Assembly (NCBI GenBank): GCA_001786195.1 | Contig: MFVS01000017.1 | Coordinates: 1 to 62,096, forward strand | Source: Candidatus Nomurabacteria bacterium RIFCSPLOWO2_12_FULL_40_42 | GTDB lineage: Bacteria > Patescibacteriota > Minisyncoccia > Phycocordibacterales > UBA9973 | Direction of reading: 5' to 3' | DNA length: 62,096 nt | Shown: one piece after another, positions 46,159 through 54,529 of the stretch | How positions within the stretch are numbered: the first letter of the stretch is position 1 | How the letters are laid out: each line of letters starts with the position of its first letter | Notes under the pieces: generated by a model | The model's input: only the letters and a program-made list of their open reading frames with translations | The model's database searches: none | What the model was told of the DNA's origin: nothing | Translations under genes and position numbers: made by a program

Positions 46159-46968
46159 TCATTTCTTGAAATAATTAATCGCGTTTTTAAAAACTTGAAA
46201 CCCTGCCCCCTGTTTGGGAACTTTTTTATTCTGATACCACGTGGGGTTTTGAAAGGAAAACATACCCCGTTCTGGATGCGGCATCAGGCCTAGGACTCGC
46301 CCATTATACGCTAAAACCCCGGCAATTCCAAAATCCGAGCCATTTGGATTTTCTTCCAGATTTTGAAACTTACAAATTTTCCCCTTTACATATTTAAAAG
46401 CTATGACCGATGTTTCTTTTTTGCCTGCCCCGTACGAAGCCGAAGGCTTTCGTTTGGGGTCAATAACATACCGCCCTTCCCCATGAGCAATAGGGAGAGA
46501 AATTTTCTTTATTCCTCTTAGCCACGCCGAAGCCTGGGCGGAGGCGGGTATTTCCAAATCCACCCACCGATCAATATACTGTCCATTTTTATTCTGCGCC
46601 AAAGCGCCGGGCAAGATTCCGAGATTAGTCATAATTTGAAATCCGTTACAAATGCCGATTGCCAGAGTGTCGCGAGACAAAAATTCTGCCAGTTCTTTAG
46701 CCAAATGATTTTTAAATTTATTGGCGTAAGCTTTACCGCTTCCCGTGTCATCGCCATAAGAAAACCCGCCGGGGAAAACTAGAATTTGATATTGTGAAAG
46801 CATCTTGGGCTTGGCGATCAAATCATTAATATGCACAATGTCCGCGACTATGTTCTCTTTTGCTCCCGCAGAATCAAAAGCAAACTTCGTTTCTTCTTCG
46901 CAATTGAGCCCGTAACCTGACATTATTATAATTTTTGGATTGGTTATTTTTAATTTATTATTTTTCAT
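46159..46968 (-). CDS. purQ: FGAM synthase glutaminase subunit
   Basis: GICNGFQ (Cys) and MPHPER (His). Start set to ATG 46968. The alternative ATG 47004 lies inside palindrome F3. Confidence 0.9.
   Translation of the reverse strand: MKNNKLKITNPKIIIMSGYGLNCEEETKFAFDSAGAKENIVADIVHINDLIAKPKMLSQYQILVFPGGFSYGDDTGSGKAYANKFKNHLAKELAEFLSRDTLAIGICNGFQIMTNLGILPGALAQNKNGQYIDRWVDLEIPASAQASAWLRGIKKISLPIAHGEGRYVIDPKRKPSASYGAGKKETSVIAFKYVKGKICKFQNLEENPNGSDFGIAGVLAYNGRVLGLMPHPERGMFSFQNPTWYQNKKVPKQGAGFQVFKNAINYFKK
46423..46459 (-). repeat. mini-hairpin element, family C, copy C2, in-frame inside purQ
   Basis: Minus strand CCCCAAACGAAAGCC-TTCG-GGCTTCGTACGGGGCAGGC, encoding PKRKPSASYGAG. Near-identical to C1 at 10825-10860. 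Confidence 0.75.
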
Positions 46969-46981
46969 GTTTCTTTTCTTT

Positions 46982-47015
46982 AGTGACAAATCTAGCGGCC
47001 GCATAATCTGTCACT
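46982..47015. repeat. palindrome family F, copy F3
   Basis: AGTGACAAATCTAGCGGCCGCATAATCTGTCACT, between the stop of the Cys-rich gene (47017) and the purQ ATG. Confidence 0.75.
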
Positions 47016-47016
47016 T

Positions 47017-48678
47017 TTAATAAATTTTTTGCTGGTAACATTTTTCACAGTAAATTTTATAATTTTTTTGGTCTTCTGGGGTGTAGGATGTAAGTATTTC
47101 TTTATCGCACTTAGCACAAATTCCCTTCCATAAATTACGAGGATTTCTTTTACTCATGCGTGCCTCGTGCCGGCAGTTGAAACACATGACAGGAATCGAC
47201 AATTTGTTTTTCCTATAAAAATTTATTTCTCTGTTTATGAGTTTATAATTTTTCTCGCACTTGGAGCAAGTCAAAATCTCCTCCAATAATTTATCGCTAT
47301 AATCTTCTGGATTTTTCAGCAAATCCTCGTATTTGATAGTCCCCTGCCCCTTAGTGCTCGGGATGTTGTCTTTCTTTTTGAAACCTTGCGCTAAAGCTTG
47401 TTCTTTGGAGAGCGGCATGTATTCATCTACTATCGCCTCGTTGTATCCAAATGGGCTTAATTCTTTTGGAAAAAAATTCCCCCATTCCCCGCTTTTTTTT
47501 AAATTTTCTATAATCTTCGGCACGATTTTCTGATATTTTTCTTTCAAATACTGCTTGTTGAGAATGCAGTAATTTTTCTTGCGCAGGCCATAGCAGCCGA
47601 AAATGTTATTGCAATTGTAACAATTATCTGAGTAATAGACATCATGCGAATCGACTATTTGATTGGACCCAATCACTTTATTACTATCAAGTACCGTCAA
47701 AACTTGATAACACTCGGACAAGTTTCCGGTAAAAGACACATCATACGAATCTATAGCTTCTCGGACGGTAAAACAAAATTTAGAATTCTCCCCGCTTTTA
47801 ACATCAAAAGAATGATGAATGTTATGGGAATTATAGATGTGGTTTCCCGACACATTATTATTATGCGAACCAAAAAAAGAACGCTGGGGAATCTTTTTGC
47901 GCAAAGATTCTCTTTCTTTTAAAATAAAATCAATATAACTTTTTTCATTCAAGGGGTGTTCTAATAAAAATTTCCTATATTCTTCTCTGGTCACGGGTTT
48001 ATTGAAGATGTAATAAGATTTACTTACCAGTCCCACACAGCCGATGCAATTCAAGCAATTTCGGCAGTCGAAAAGTCCGATAGAGTTCACACAGGCCTCG
48101 CATTCTTGTGAATAAAAAAGTTTACCGGAGTTCAGACAATCTATGCACTCATAACAAGATTCGCATTTGAATAAATACAAGTTGTCTATTGAGTCTCTGG
48201 AGTTCCAGACAATATGACCATAATCGCAATCTTCGTCGTTCAAGCCGCCGAAAATAAGATAACAATTTTTACTTTGATTGATTTGGTTCGAGTACTTGCA
48301 GTTCTCGGTTTGAGAATTCATTATGGAGACATGAGGGACGGTATTGAATAGCTCAATCAGCTGCGAAAAAAAAGGTTCATCCAAATCCACGTCTACTCCA
48401 TACGAAATAGCATCCCATTCATCACCCCACCATTCTGAAATGTCATAAACTGGGAAAGGCGCATCTGCATCATAAACTGATATAATCATTTTTCCCGATT
48501 TGCTCGATGGCCTTTTGTAAAGAGTCTTAAAATTTCTAAAAAGCGTGCGCAGTTGTTGCCGACACTCTGGACACTTGGATGGCGCTGGCACCCCCATCTT
48601 TTCATAAAACCCAAAGTCATTCGACTCGACAGAGAAATCTTTTCCACAGTTTTGACAAATTTTATTTTCTGTTTCCAT
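47017..48678 (-). CDS. Cys-rich multi-zinc-ribbon protein of unknown function (intact paralogue)
   Basis: 553 aa. N- and C-terminal CxxC-x3-F-x..FY.K...P.P..C..CR modules flank a core of CxxCxxC repeats. No family name recalled. Confidence 0.8.
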   Translation of the reverse strand: METENKICQNCGKDFSVESNDFGFYEKMGVPAPSKCPECRQQLRTLFRNFKTLYKRPSSKSGKMIISVYDADAPFPVYDISEWWGDEWDAISYGVDVDLDEPFFSQLIELFNTVPHVSIMNSQTENCKYSNQINQSKNCYLIFGGLNDEDCDYGHIVWNSRDSIDNLYLFKCESCYECIDCLNSGKLFYSQECEACVNSIGLFDCRNCLNCIGCVGLVSKSYYIFNKPVTREEYRKFLLEHPLNEKSYIDFILKERESLRKKIPQRSFFGSHNNNVSGNHIYNSHNIHHSFDVKSGENSKFCFTVREAIDSYDVSFTGNLSECYQVLTVLDSNKVIGSNQIVDSHDVYYSDNCYNCNNIFGCYGLRKKNYCILNKQYLKEKYQKIVPKIIENLKKSGEWGNFFPKELSPFGYNEAIVDEYMPLSKEQALAQGFKKKDNIPSTKGQGTIKYEDLLKNPEDYSDKLLEEILTCSKCEKNYKLINREINFYRKNKLSIPVMCFNCRHEARMSKRNPRNLWKGICAKCDKEILTSYTPEDQKNYKIYCEKCYQQKIY

Positions 48679-48710
48679 AATTTTCTTAATTTACACATTT
48701 ACGCCATGGC

Positions 48711-51632
48711 TTAAATGTGTTTTCTCATTTTTTCTGAAAAACTATGATAAATTTTGTGTAATTTTTTAACATTGGTGTCTATTAATTTTAGACTACCGTC
48801 TGTAATGATAATTTTACCACTTTTCTCTACTTTTCCGAGTTTAGTAAAAGAGATTCCTTTCATTATTTTTTCAAATTGTTTGATGTTTTTTGGAGCTACA
48901 GATACTAAAATCCGACCCTGGCTTTCAGAGAAAAGTTTGGCGTCTACAGATAGCGCTTTAGGCGCTATCTGGGTGGAAATATTACATCCGAGCATACCGC
49001 CTACGCAGGCTTTAGCCACTGCAATTGCGAGCCCGCCACTTGTTACTGAAATTGACGAGGCCACTAATTCTTTTTGGATTGTTTTTTCCAAAGCCAAGTA
49101 AGTTTTCAGATTTTTTTCTAAATTCACTTTTGGCACACCCTGCTCATCATTTGTTTCGCCTAATAAATAAATTATATCGCCATCTTTTTTAAACTCTGGA
49201 GAAACGGTTTTATACAAGTTTGGCATGACGCCAATCGCGGAGATAAGCAAGGTCGGCGGGATGGAAATAGAGACTGGATTTCCTTTTTCGTCATAGCCTT
49301 TGAAGTCGTTGAACATACTGTCCTTGCCGGAGATGAAGGGTGTGCCATACGCCACTGCGCTGTCGTAACAGGCTTTTACGGTCTCTACAAGCTGTCCTAA
49401 CCGCCTTGGGTCATCGGATGAGCACCAGCAGAAGTTGTCCAAAATAGCCAGGTGAGAGAGCGTGCCGCCTGCGGCCACGATATTGCGGATAGCGGTGTCG
49501 AGCGCACAAGCGGCCATGTGATAAGTGCTAATGTCGCCATAGAAAGGATAGGTAGCCGAGGACAGTACCACTCCTTTATTAGAATTTAAAACTGGGCGGA
49601 AAACTTGCGCATCGGTATTGATGCGGCCAGGGCCGGAGAGAGGTTTCAAAACCGAAGAAGCTTGGACTTCGTGATCATACTGCTCCGAGATAAAAGAAAA
49701 TCCAGAAATATTTTTATCGGCAAGGAGATTTTCTAGAATTCCATTCAACCCACCCCTTCCCCCTCCCGAAGGGAGGGGATTCTCCCTCCCCTTTGGGGAG
49801 GGCTGGGGAGAGGTGAACAGCTGCTGCTTCGGCAGTCCATCATGCAAGAATTCCATATCTAAATCCATAACTTTTTTATTCCCATACTCAACCACTATTT
49901 TTCCGGAATTTGTGAATTCCCCTATCACCGTCGCTTCTACTCCCCGGCTCTCCATCAATTTTTGAAATGTTTTCCATTTCTGCTTTGGCACGGCGAGGGT
50001 CATGCGTTCCTGTGATTCAGAAATCCAAATCTCCCAAGGCTGCAGGCCGGGATATTTGAGTGGAACTTTTTCTAAAGAAATTTTTGCGCCACCCTGCCTA
50101 CCGGCAGGCAGGCACACTTCTTTAGCCATCTCTGCCACCGAGCAAGAAATTCCGCCGGCGCCATTGTCGGTGATGCTGTTATATAAATTTTTGTCGCGCG
50201 CTTCTTTGACTATTGCGTCGCTTAATTTTTTCTGGGTGATCGGGTCGCCTATTTGCACTGCCGCCGCCGGAGAATTTGAATCAAGGGTTACGGAAGAAAA
50301 AGTCGCGCCATGAATGCCGTCAAGGCCCACTCGGCCACCTACTATGACTATATAGTCGCCCGCCCGTGCTTTTTTTTCGTACGAACGTCTAATTCCGCCT
50401 GAGGCGGGCAAGTTTCTCGGAATTAAGCCGACGGTGCCGGCAAAAACCAACGGCTTGCCGCGATAGCGATCGTCAAATTTTATAAATCCGGAAAGCGTCG
50501 GGATTCCGGAGCAATTGCCGCCCACATTGATACCTTTGATTACTCCTTGCATTATTCGCACAGGTAATAACATTTCATTTTTTAAATCTTTGTTCCGGAA
50601 AAGCGGTTTGGTTTCATTTGGATTGCCGAAACAAAAGCCATAAGTGTTGGCGACTGGCTTGGCGCCGAGTCCAAAGCCAATCGTGTCGCGATTGACGCCG
50701 ACTATACCGGTGATCGCTCCGCCGAAAGGATCTAAGGCCGAAGGGCTGTTGTGCGTCTCGACTTTATGGATTATTAAATAGTTTTCATCAAAAATTATTC
50801 CGCCGGCGTTGTCTGAAAAAACCGAAACGCAGAAATCCCCGCCTTTGGATGGGGCAAGCCTTCCCTTTTTCTGTTTTTTTGCTCTTATTAAATTCGTGGC
50901 TCCTTTGATGTAAGTTTTATATAGACCATCCTTAATATCATCTATCGGATTGGCAAAAATAGTGTGCTTGCAATGCTCCGACCAGGTCTGGGCCAGAGAT
51001 TCCAATTCGATATCAGTCGGATCTCTTTTTAATTTTCTAAAATGCTCCGCAATAGTTTGCATCGAAGGCAAATCTAACGCCAGCGGCCCTCTGCGCTTCT
51101 GCTCTTTGCCATTATCTAATATTCCCTCTTTGCCTATCTTAATTAATTCTTCTTCACTTACTTCCAGATCTACGTTGATAACCGGTTTTCTTTTTTTAAG
51201 TACTACTTTTGGAATTTCAGCTTTCAAATGTATTTTTTTATTCTTTACTGGCACAATTTTAGCTCTTTCAATCAACGGATTATACAAAGTCAAGGCGATT
51301 TTTTGAGCGTGTTCTTTCGTGCCGGAAACAAAAAAAATCTTCGAGGTATAGACCGCGAAGTTGTCAGACTTTTTCAGATGTAATAAATCAGATGCAATTT
51401 CTTTGACCGTGTGACCAACATTGTCTGTCACGCCGGGTAGAAATCCTATTTCAATAGCGTAACTAAAATCTTTTATATTGCTTAACTTATCAATACAGAA
51501 GCTTTCCAGAATAGGATTAGTCAGTGCTTGAGCTAGTTGTTCAATCTTATGTCTCGACAATTTAGAGTCAATAAGATAAGAATCTGCCCTCGAACTTACT
51601 TTCTTAGGGCTCACATATATTCGCGAAATCAT
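48711..51632 (-). CDS. purL: FGAM synthase II (PurL) with ~160-aa PurS-like N-terminal extension
   Basis: WSEHCKHTIF, DNAGG, ETHNSPSA, GATFSS motifs. The N-terminus (..FLPGVTDNVGHTVKEI..) resembles the N-domain of large PurL. No separate purS seen. Confidence 0.9.
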   Translation of the reverse strand: MISRIYVSPKKVSSRADSYLIDSKLSRHKIEQLAQALTNPILESFCIDKLSNIKDFSYAIEIGFLPGVTDNVGHTVKEIASDLLHLKKSDNFAVYTSKIFFVSGTKEHAQKIALTLYNPLIERAKIVPVKNKKIHLKAEIPKVVLKKRKPVINVDLEVSEEELIKIGKEGILDNGKEQKRRGPLALDLPSMQTIAEHFRKLKRDPTDIELESLAQTWSEHCKHTIFANPIDDIKDGLYKTYIKGATNLIRAKKQKKGRLAPSKGGDFCVSVFSDNAGGIIFDENYLIIHKVETHNSPSALDPFGGAITGIVGVNRDTIGFGLGAKPVANTYGFCFGNPNETKPLFRNKDLKNEMLLPVRIMQGVIKGINVGGNCSGIPTLSGFIKFDDRYRGKPLVFAGTVGLIPRNLPASGGIRRSYEKKARAGDYIVIVGGRVGLDGIHGATFSSVTLDSNSPAAAVQIGDPITQKKLSDAIVKEARDKNLYNSITDNGAGGISCSVAEMAKEVCLPAGRQGGAKISLEKVPLKYPGLQPWEIWISESQERMTLAVPKQKWKTFQKLMESRGVEATVIGEFTNSGKIVVEYGNKKVMDLDMEFLHDGLPKQQLFTSPQPSPKGRENPLPSGGGRGGLNGILENLLADKNISGFSFISEQYDHEVQASSVLKPLSGPGRINTDAQVFRPVLNSNKGVVLSSATYPFYGDISTYHMAACALDTAIRNIVAAGGTLSHLAILDNFCWCSSDDPRRLGQLVETVKACYDSAVAYGTPFISGKDSMFNDFKGYDEKGNPVSISIPPTLLISAIGVMPNLYKTVSPEFKKDGDIIYLLGETNDEQGVPKVNLEKNLKTYLALEKTIQKELVASSISVTSGGLAIAVAKACVGGMLGCNISTQIAPKALSVDAKLFSESQGRILVSVAPKNIKQFEKIMKGISFTKLGKVEKSGKIIITDGSLKLIDTNVKKLHKIYHSFSEKMRKHI
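49751..49815 (-). repeat. GC-rich palindromic element, family A, copy A3, in-frame inside purL
   Basis: Hairpins CCCTCCC-GAA-GGGAGGG and CCCTCCCC-TTT-GGGGAGGG. Translated as FTSPQPSPKGRENPLPSGGGRGG. Confidence 0.75.
50093..50112. repeat. mini-palindrome family B (CCTGCCT..AGGCAGG) inside purL
   Basis: CCTGCCTACCGGCAGGCAGG. Translated on the minus strand as LPAGRQG. Confidence 0.65.
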
Positions 51633-51638
51633 GCCTTC

Positions 51639-51644
51639 ATATTA
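51639..51644 (-). promoter_or_regulatory. -10 box TAATAT, 6 nt before the purL ATG
   Basis: The minus strand reads TAATAT-GAAGGC-ATG. Confidence 0.35.
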
Positions 51645-51668
51645 TATTATATAAGAGTCAAAGACAAA

Positions 51669-52292
51669 TTATAGTAGTTTAGAATCTTGAATGGGCTTGT
51701 TGAGAAATCTTTCGACTCTTTTCAGAGAATCATTAACTACATACACATATGGAAGTTTGGTGCTTTTATGTAGATCTTTGATTTCTTCTTCAAATCGATC
51801 AAATATTTCTTTTTTTGTAAGATGCTTCTCACTCTTTTTTCCTAAAGCCTCTCTTTTTAATATTCTTATATAGAGTTCCTTAAATGTTGGAGTAAGAACA
51901 TAAATAAAAGTAAAATTAACTTTCTCAGGTAGATTTCTTTTTAATTTTATAGAAGAAGAAACACTTTTATCTAGAAAAATAAGCGAATTCCTATCTGTCA
52001 GCTTTCTGATATCTTTTTTAAGAATGGCATGCCAGACACCATTTCGTTTATGTGGATTAAATAAAAGGTTCTGACGTTTCCACAACAAAAATTTCAAATC
52101 ATCAACAAAGATGTATTCACTGTCTTTTTCTTCTAAACGCTTAGGTCGAGTTGTTAAATTTGGTAATTTACTAAACCCTTTAGAAATTAATTGTTTTGAA
52201 ATAGTTGTCTTACCTGATCCAGATATACCAGAAATTATCCAATTATTATTTGATTTTAGCCTAGATAAAGTAACACCGCCAACTAAGAAAAG
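51669..52292 (-). CDS. gmk: guanylate kinase-like protein, 5' end unresolved (stop-to-stop frame)
   Basis: ISGISGSGKTT (P-loop, ~52203-52229) and TTRPKRLEEKDSEYIFV lie upstream of the first canonical start (TTG 52097). There is no ATG/GTG/TTG between that start and the in-frame TAA at 52293-52295. Confidence 0.5.
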   Translation of the reverse strand, partial: LFLVGGVTLSRLKSNNNWIISGISGSGKTTISKQLISKGFSKLPNLTTRPKRLEEKDSEYIFVDDLKFLLWKRQNLLFNPHKRNGVWHAILKKDIRKLTDRNSLIFLDKSVSSSIKLKRNLPEKVNFTFIYVLTPTFKELYIRILKREALGKKSEKHLTKKEIFDRFEEEIKDLHKSTKLPYVYVVNDSLKRVERFLNKPIQDSKLL

Positions 52293-52626
52293 TTATCCAA
52301 ATCAAATTACATCTTCAGCGGGAGGACATGTAGAGCAAGGAGAAAATTATAAAAATGCAGCAGAAAGAGAGTTAAGAGAAGAACTCGGCGTTAAAACATC
52401 TATTAAAGATTTGGGGAGATTTGACGTAATAACTTCAAAAGAACGAGCTATTCATCATTTATTTATAGGAAAAACCAACAATAAAATTTCAACAGATATT
52501 AATGAAATTGCGAGCTACCATTTTTTATCTCCTAAAATTATAAAAAGTGATATAGTTTTACATCCTCGTAAATATGCAAAACCTTTTCACGAAGCATTAG
52601 CCTTTTATCTTAAATATATTAATTAG
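52111..52626 (+). CDS. Nudix hydrolase; the N-terminal ~50 codons are antisense to the gmk-like P-loop region
   Basis: Perfect Nudix box GGHVEQGENYKNAAERELREELGV. Only ATG 52111 is available as a start. Confidence 0.6.
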   Translation: MYSLSFSSKRLGRVVKFGNLLNPLEINCFEIVVLPDPDIPEIIQLLFDFSLDKVTPPTKKSYPNQITSSAGGHVEQGENYKNAAERELREELGVKTSIKDLGRFDVITSKERAIHHLFIGKTNNKISTDINEIASYHFLSPKIIKSDIVLHPRKYAKPFHEALAFYLKYIN

Positions 52627-52633
52627 CTTTTTA

Positions 52634-54484
52634 TTACTCCACTGTCACACTCTTGGCTAAATTACGCGGCTTGTCAACATCGTTGCCTCGTTCGACTGCT
52701 ATGTAGTATGCCAAAAGTTGCATCGGAATGAAAGCCAAGATGGGGGTAAGCATTTCCAAAGTTTTCGGAATATAAATGACATCATCGGTGATGTTTTCTA
52801 GTTCTTTATTACCAAGACTTGTAATTGCAATGACCGGACCGCCGCGAGCCTTGATCTCTTGTATCGAACTTTTATTTTTTTCATACATACTATCGATCGG
52901 TGCGATGATAAGCGTTGGAAAATTTTTATCAATAAGGGAAATGGGCCCGTGTTTGAGCTCGGTCGAGTTCATGCCTTCCACATGAATATAAGAACATTCT
53001 TTTAGCTTGAGCGCTCCTTCCATAGCCGCCGCCACGTTATATTTGCGCCCCAAAAAAAAGAAATTGTTGTAATTTTTATATTTTTTGGCCAATTTTTTTA
53101 TATTGTTCGCACTTTTGAGAATCATTTCAGCCAGTGCTGGCAACTTTTGCATTTCTTTTAAAATCCCCTTCGCTTTAGATTTGGAAAGTCCGCGCGCGAA
53201 GCGCATTCTGCCCAGGTAAATTGCGAGCATGATTTGCAAGAGAGCTTGTGAAGTGGAGGCCTTGGTAGAAGCCACAGCCGTCTCCGGCCCGACGTGATTG
53301 TAAATTCCGGCATCCACTTCCCGAGCGATGCTGGAGCCGATGACGTTCACGATGCCGAGCGTCAGCATCCCCTTCTTTTTGGCCTCCTTGATTGCGTTTA
53401 GGGTGTCTTTAGTTTCTCCAGATTGAGAAATAGCGAGCAAGCCGGTGTTTTCATCCACTGCCGCCTCTCGATAAGCAAATTCCGAACCGTATTCTACTTT
53501 AGTTGGAATTCCAGCCAGCTCTTCAAAAGCGTATTCGCCGATGAGGCCGGTAAAACGCGCTGTGCCCATGGCTGTGATCGTTAGACGATTTATAGAACGA
53601 AGTTGTTTTTCAAATTTTTCCAGCCCGCCGAATTTTACATTGCCTTTGTCTAAGACAATCCGGCCTCGCATCGTATCCGCAAGAGACTTTGGCTGTTCAA
53701 AAATTTCTTTCAACATAAAAAGCGGGAAGCCACCTTTTTCTAACTCTTCTATTTTTGTTTTGAGAGTATGAACGTAAGGATTTTTTATAGTTTTATTTTT
53801 TATGGTTTTTATAAGTAGTTTGCTATTTTTGATTGTCGCCATTTGTCCGTCTTCTAAATAAATTACTTTTTTGGTGTGTTCAATGATTGGTGTCGCATCC
53901 GAAGCTACGAAGAACTCTTTTTTACCGATGCCGATAACCACCGGAGAGCCGACTTTGGCAACTACCATTGTCCCCGGCTCATCTTTGGATAAAACTAAAA
54001 TAGCATAAGCTCCAGAGACTTGGGCGAGCGCCAAGCGTACGACTTCATCAATTTCCACCTTTGTATGTTTTTTAATATCCTCAATTAAATTCGCCAGGAC
54101 TTCGGTATCAGTATCACTTTTAAATCTGTATCCCTTACCAACTAGTATTTTCTTTATCGAAAGATAATTTTCAATAATTCCATTGTGAACGATTACGATA
54201 TCCCCCCCACTGGATAAGTGCGGGTGGGCGTTTCTATCAGACGGCACGCCGTGAGTAGCCCAACGGGTATGAGCGATACCAACTCCGCCGGAAAGTTGGT
54301 TCTGGTTTTTGGTAAATTTAGATAATTCCACAACGCGACCCTTTTTTTTATAGACAGAAAATGCCCCATTTTGTAGGAGCGCGATCCCCGCCGAGTCATA
54401 GCCGCGGTATTCCAGTCGCTCTAGCCCTTTAAACAAAACTGGCCAAGCTTTTCTTTTTCCAATATATCCGACAATGCCGCACAT
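52634..54484 (-). CDS. glmS: glutamine--fructose-6-phosphate aminotransferase
   Basis: MCGIVGYIG Ntn start, two SIS domains, C-terminal ..KSVTVE. Confidence 0.95.
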   Translation of the reverse strand: MCGIVGYIGKRKAWPVLFKGLERLEYRGYDSAGIALLQNGAFSVYKKKGRVVELSKFTKNQNQLSGGVGIAHTRWATHGVPSDRNAHPHLSSGGDIVIVHNGIIENYLSIKKILVGKGYRFKSDTDTEVLANLIEDIKKHTKVEIDEVVRLALAQVSGAYAILVLSKDEPGTMVVAKVGSPVVIGIGKKEFFVASDATPIIEHTKKVIYLEDGQMATIKNSKLLIKTIKNKTIKNPYVHTLKTKIEELEKGGFPLFMLKEIFEQPKSLADTMRGRIVLDKGNVKFGGLEKFEKQLRSINRLTITAMGTARFTGLIGEYAFEELAGIPTKVEYGSEFAYREAAVDENTGLLAISQSGETKDTLNAIKEAKKKGMLTLGIVNVIGSSIAREVDAGIYNHVGPETAVASTKASTSQALLQIMLAIYLGRMRFARGLSKSKAKGILKEMQKLPALAEMILKSANNIKKLAKKYKNYNNFFFLGRKYNVAAAMEGALKLKECSYIHVEGMNSTELKHGPISLIDKNFPTLIIAPIDSMYEKNKSSIQEIKARGGPVIAITSLGNKELENITDDVIYIPKTLEMLTPILAFIPMQLLAYYIAVERGNDVDKPRNLAKSVTVE

Positions 54485-54517
54485 GTGAAAATGATAGCAA
54501 AATTTTATAATTTAGAC

Positions 54518-54523
54518 TAATAT
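54518..54523 (+). promoter_or_regulatory. -10 box TAATAT, 6 nt before ATG 54530
   Basis: TAATAT-TTAGAT-ATG. Confidence 0.35.
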
Positions 54524-54529
54524 TTAGAT

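Noticed and set aside
47002-47004. ATG 47004 as the purQ start (track ORF 46159-47004).
   Set aside because: It lies inside palindrome F3 and adds 12 non-conserved residues. ATG 46968 gives the usual MK..IIIMSGYG-type PurQ N-terminus. The alternative is not excluded.
50358-50409. Possible third palindromic insert in purL (GCCCGCC..GGCGGGC, with inner CCGCC-TGA-GGCGG and a TTCGTACGAA core).
   Set aside because: The arms are only 7 bp in a GC-rich stretch, I found no second copy in the window, and it could be native coding sequence.
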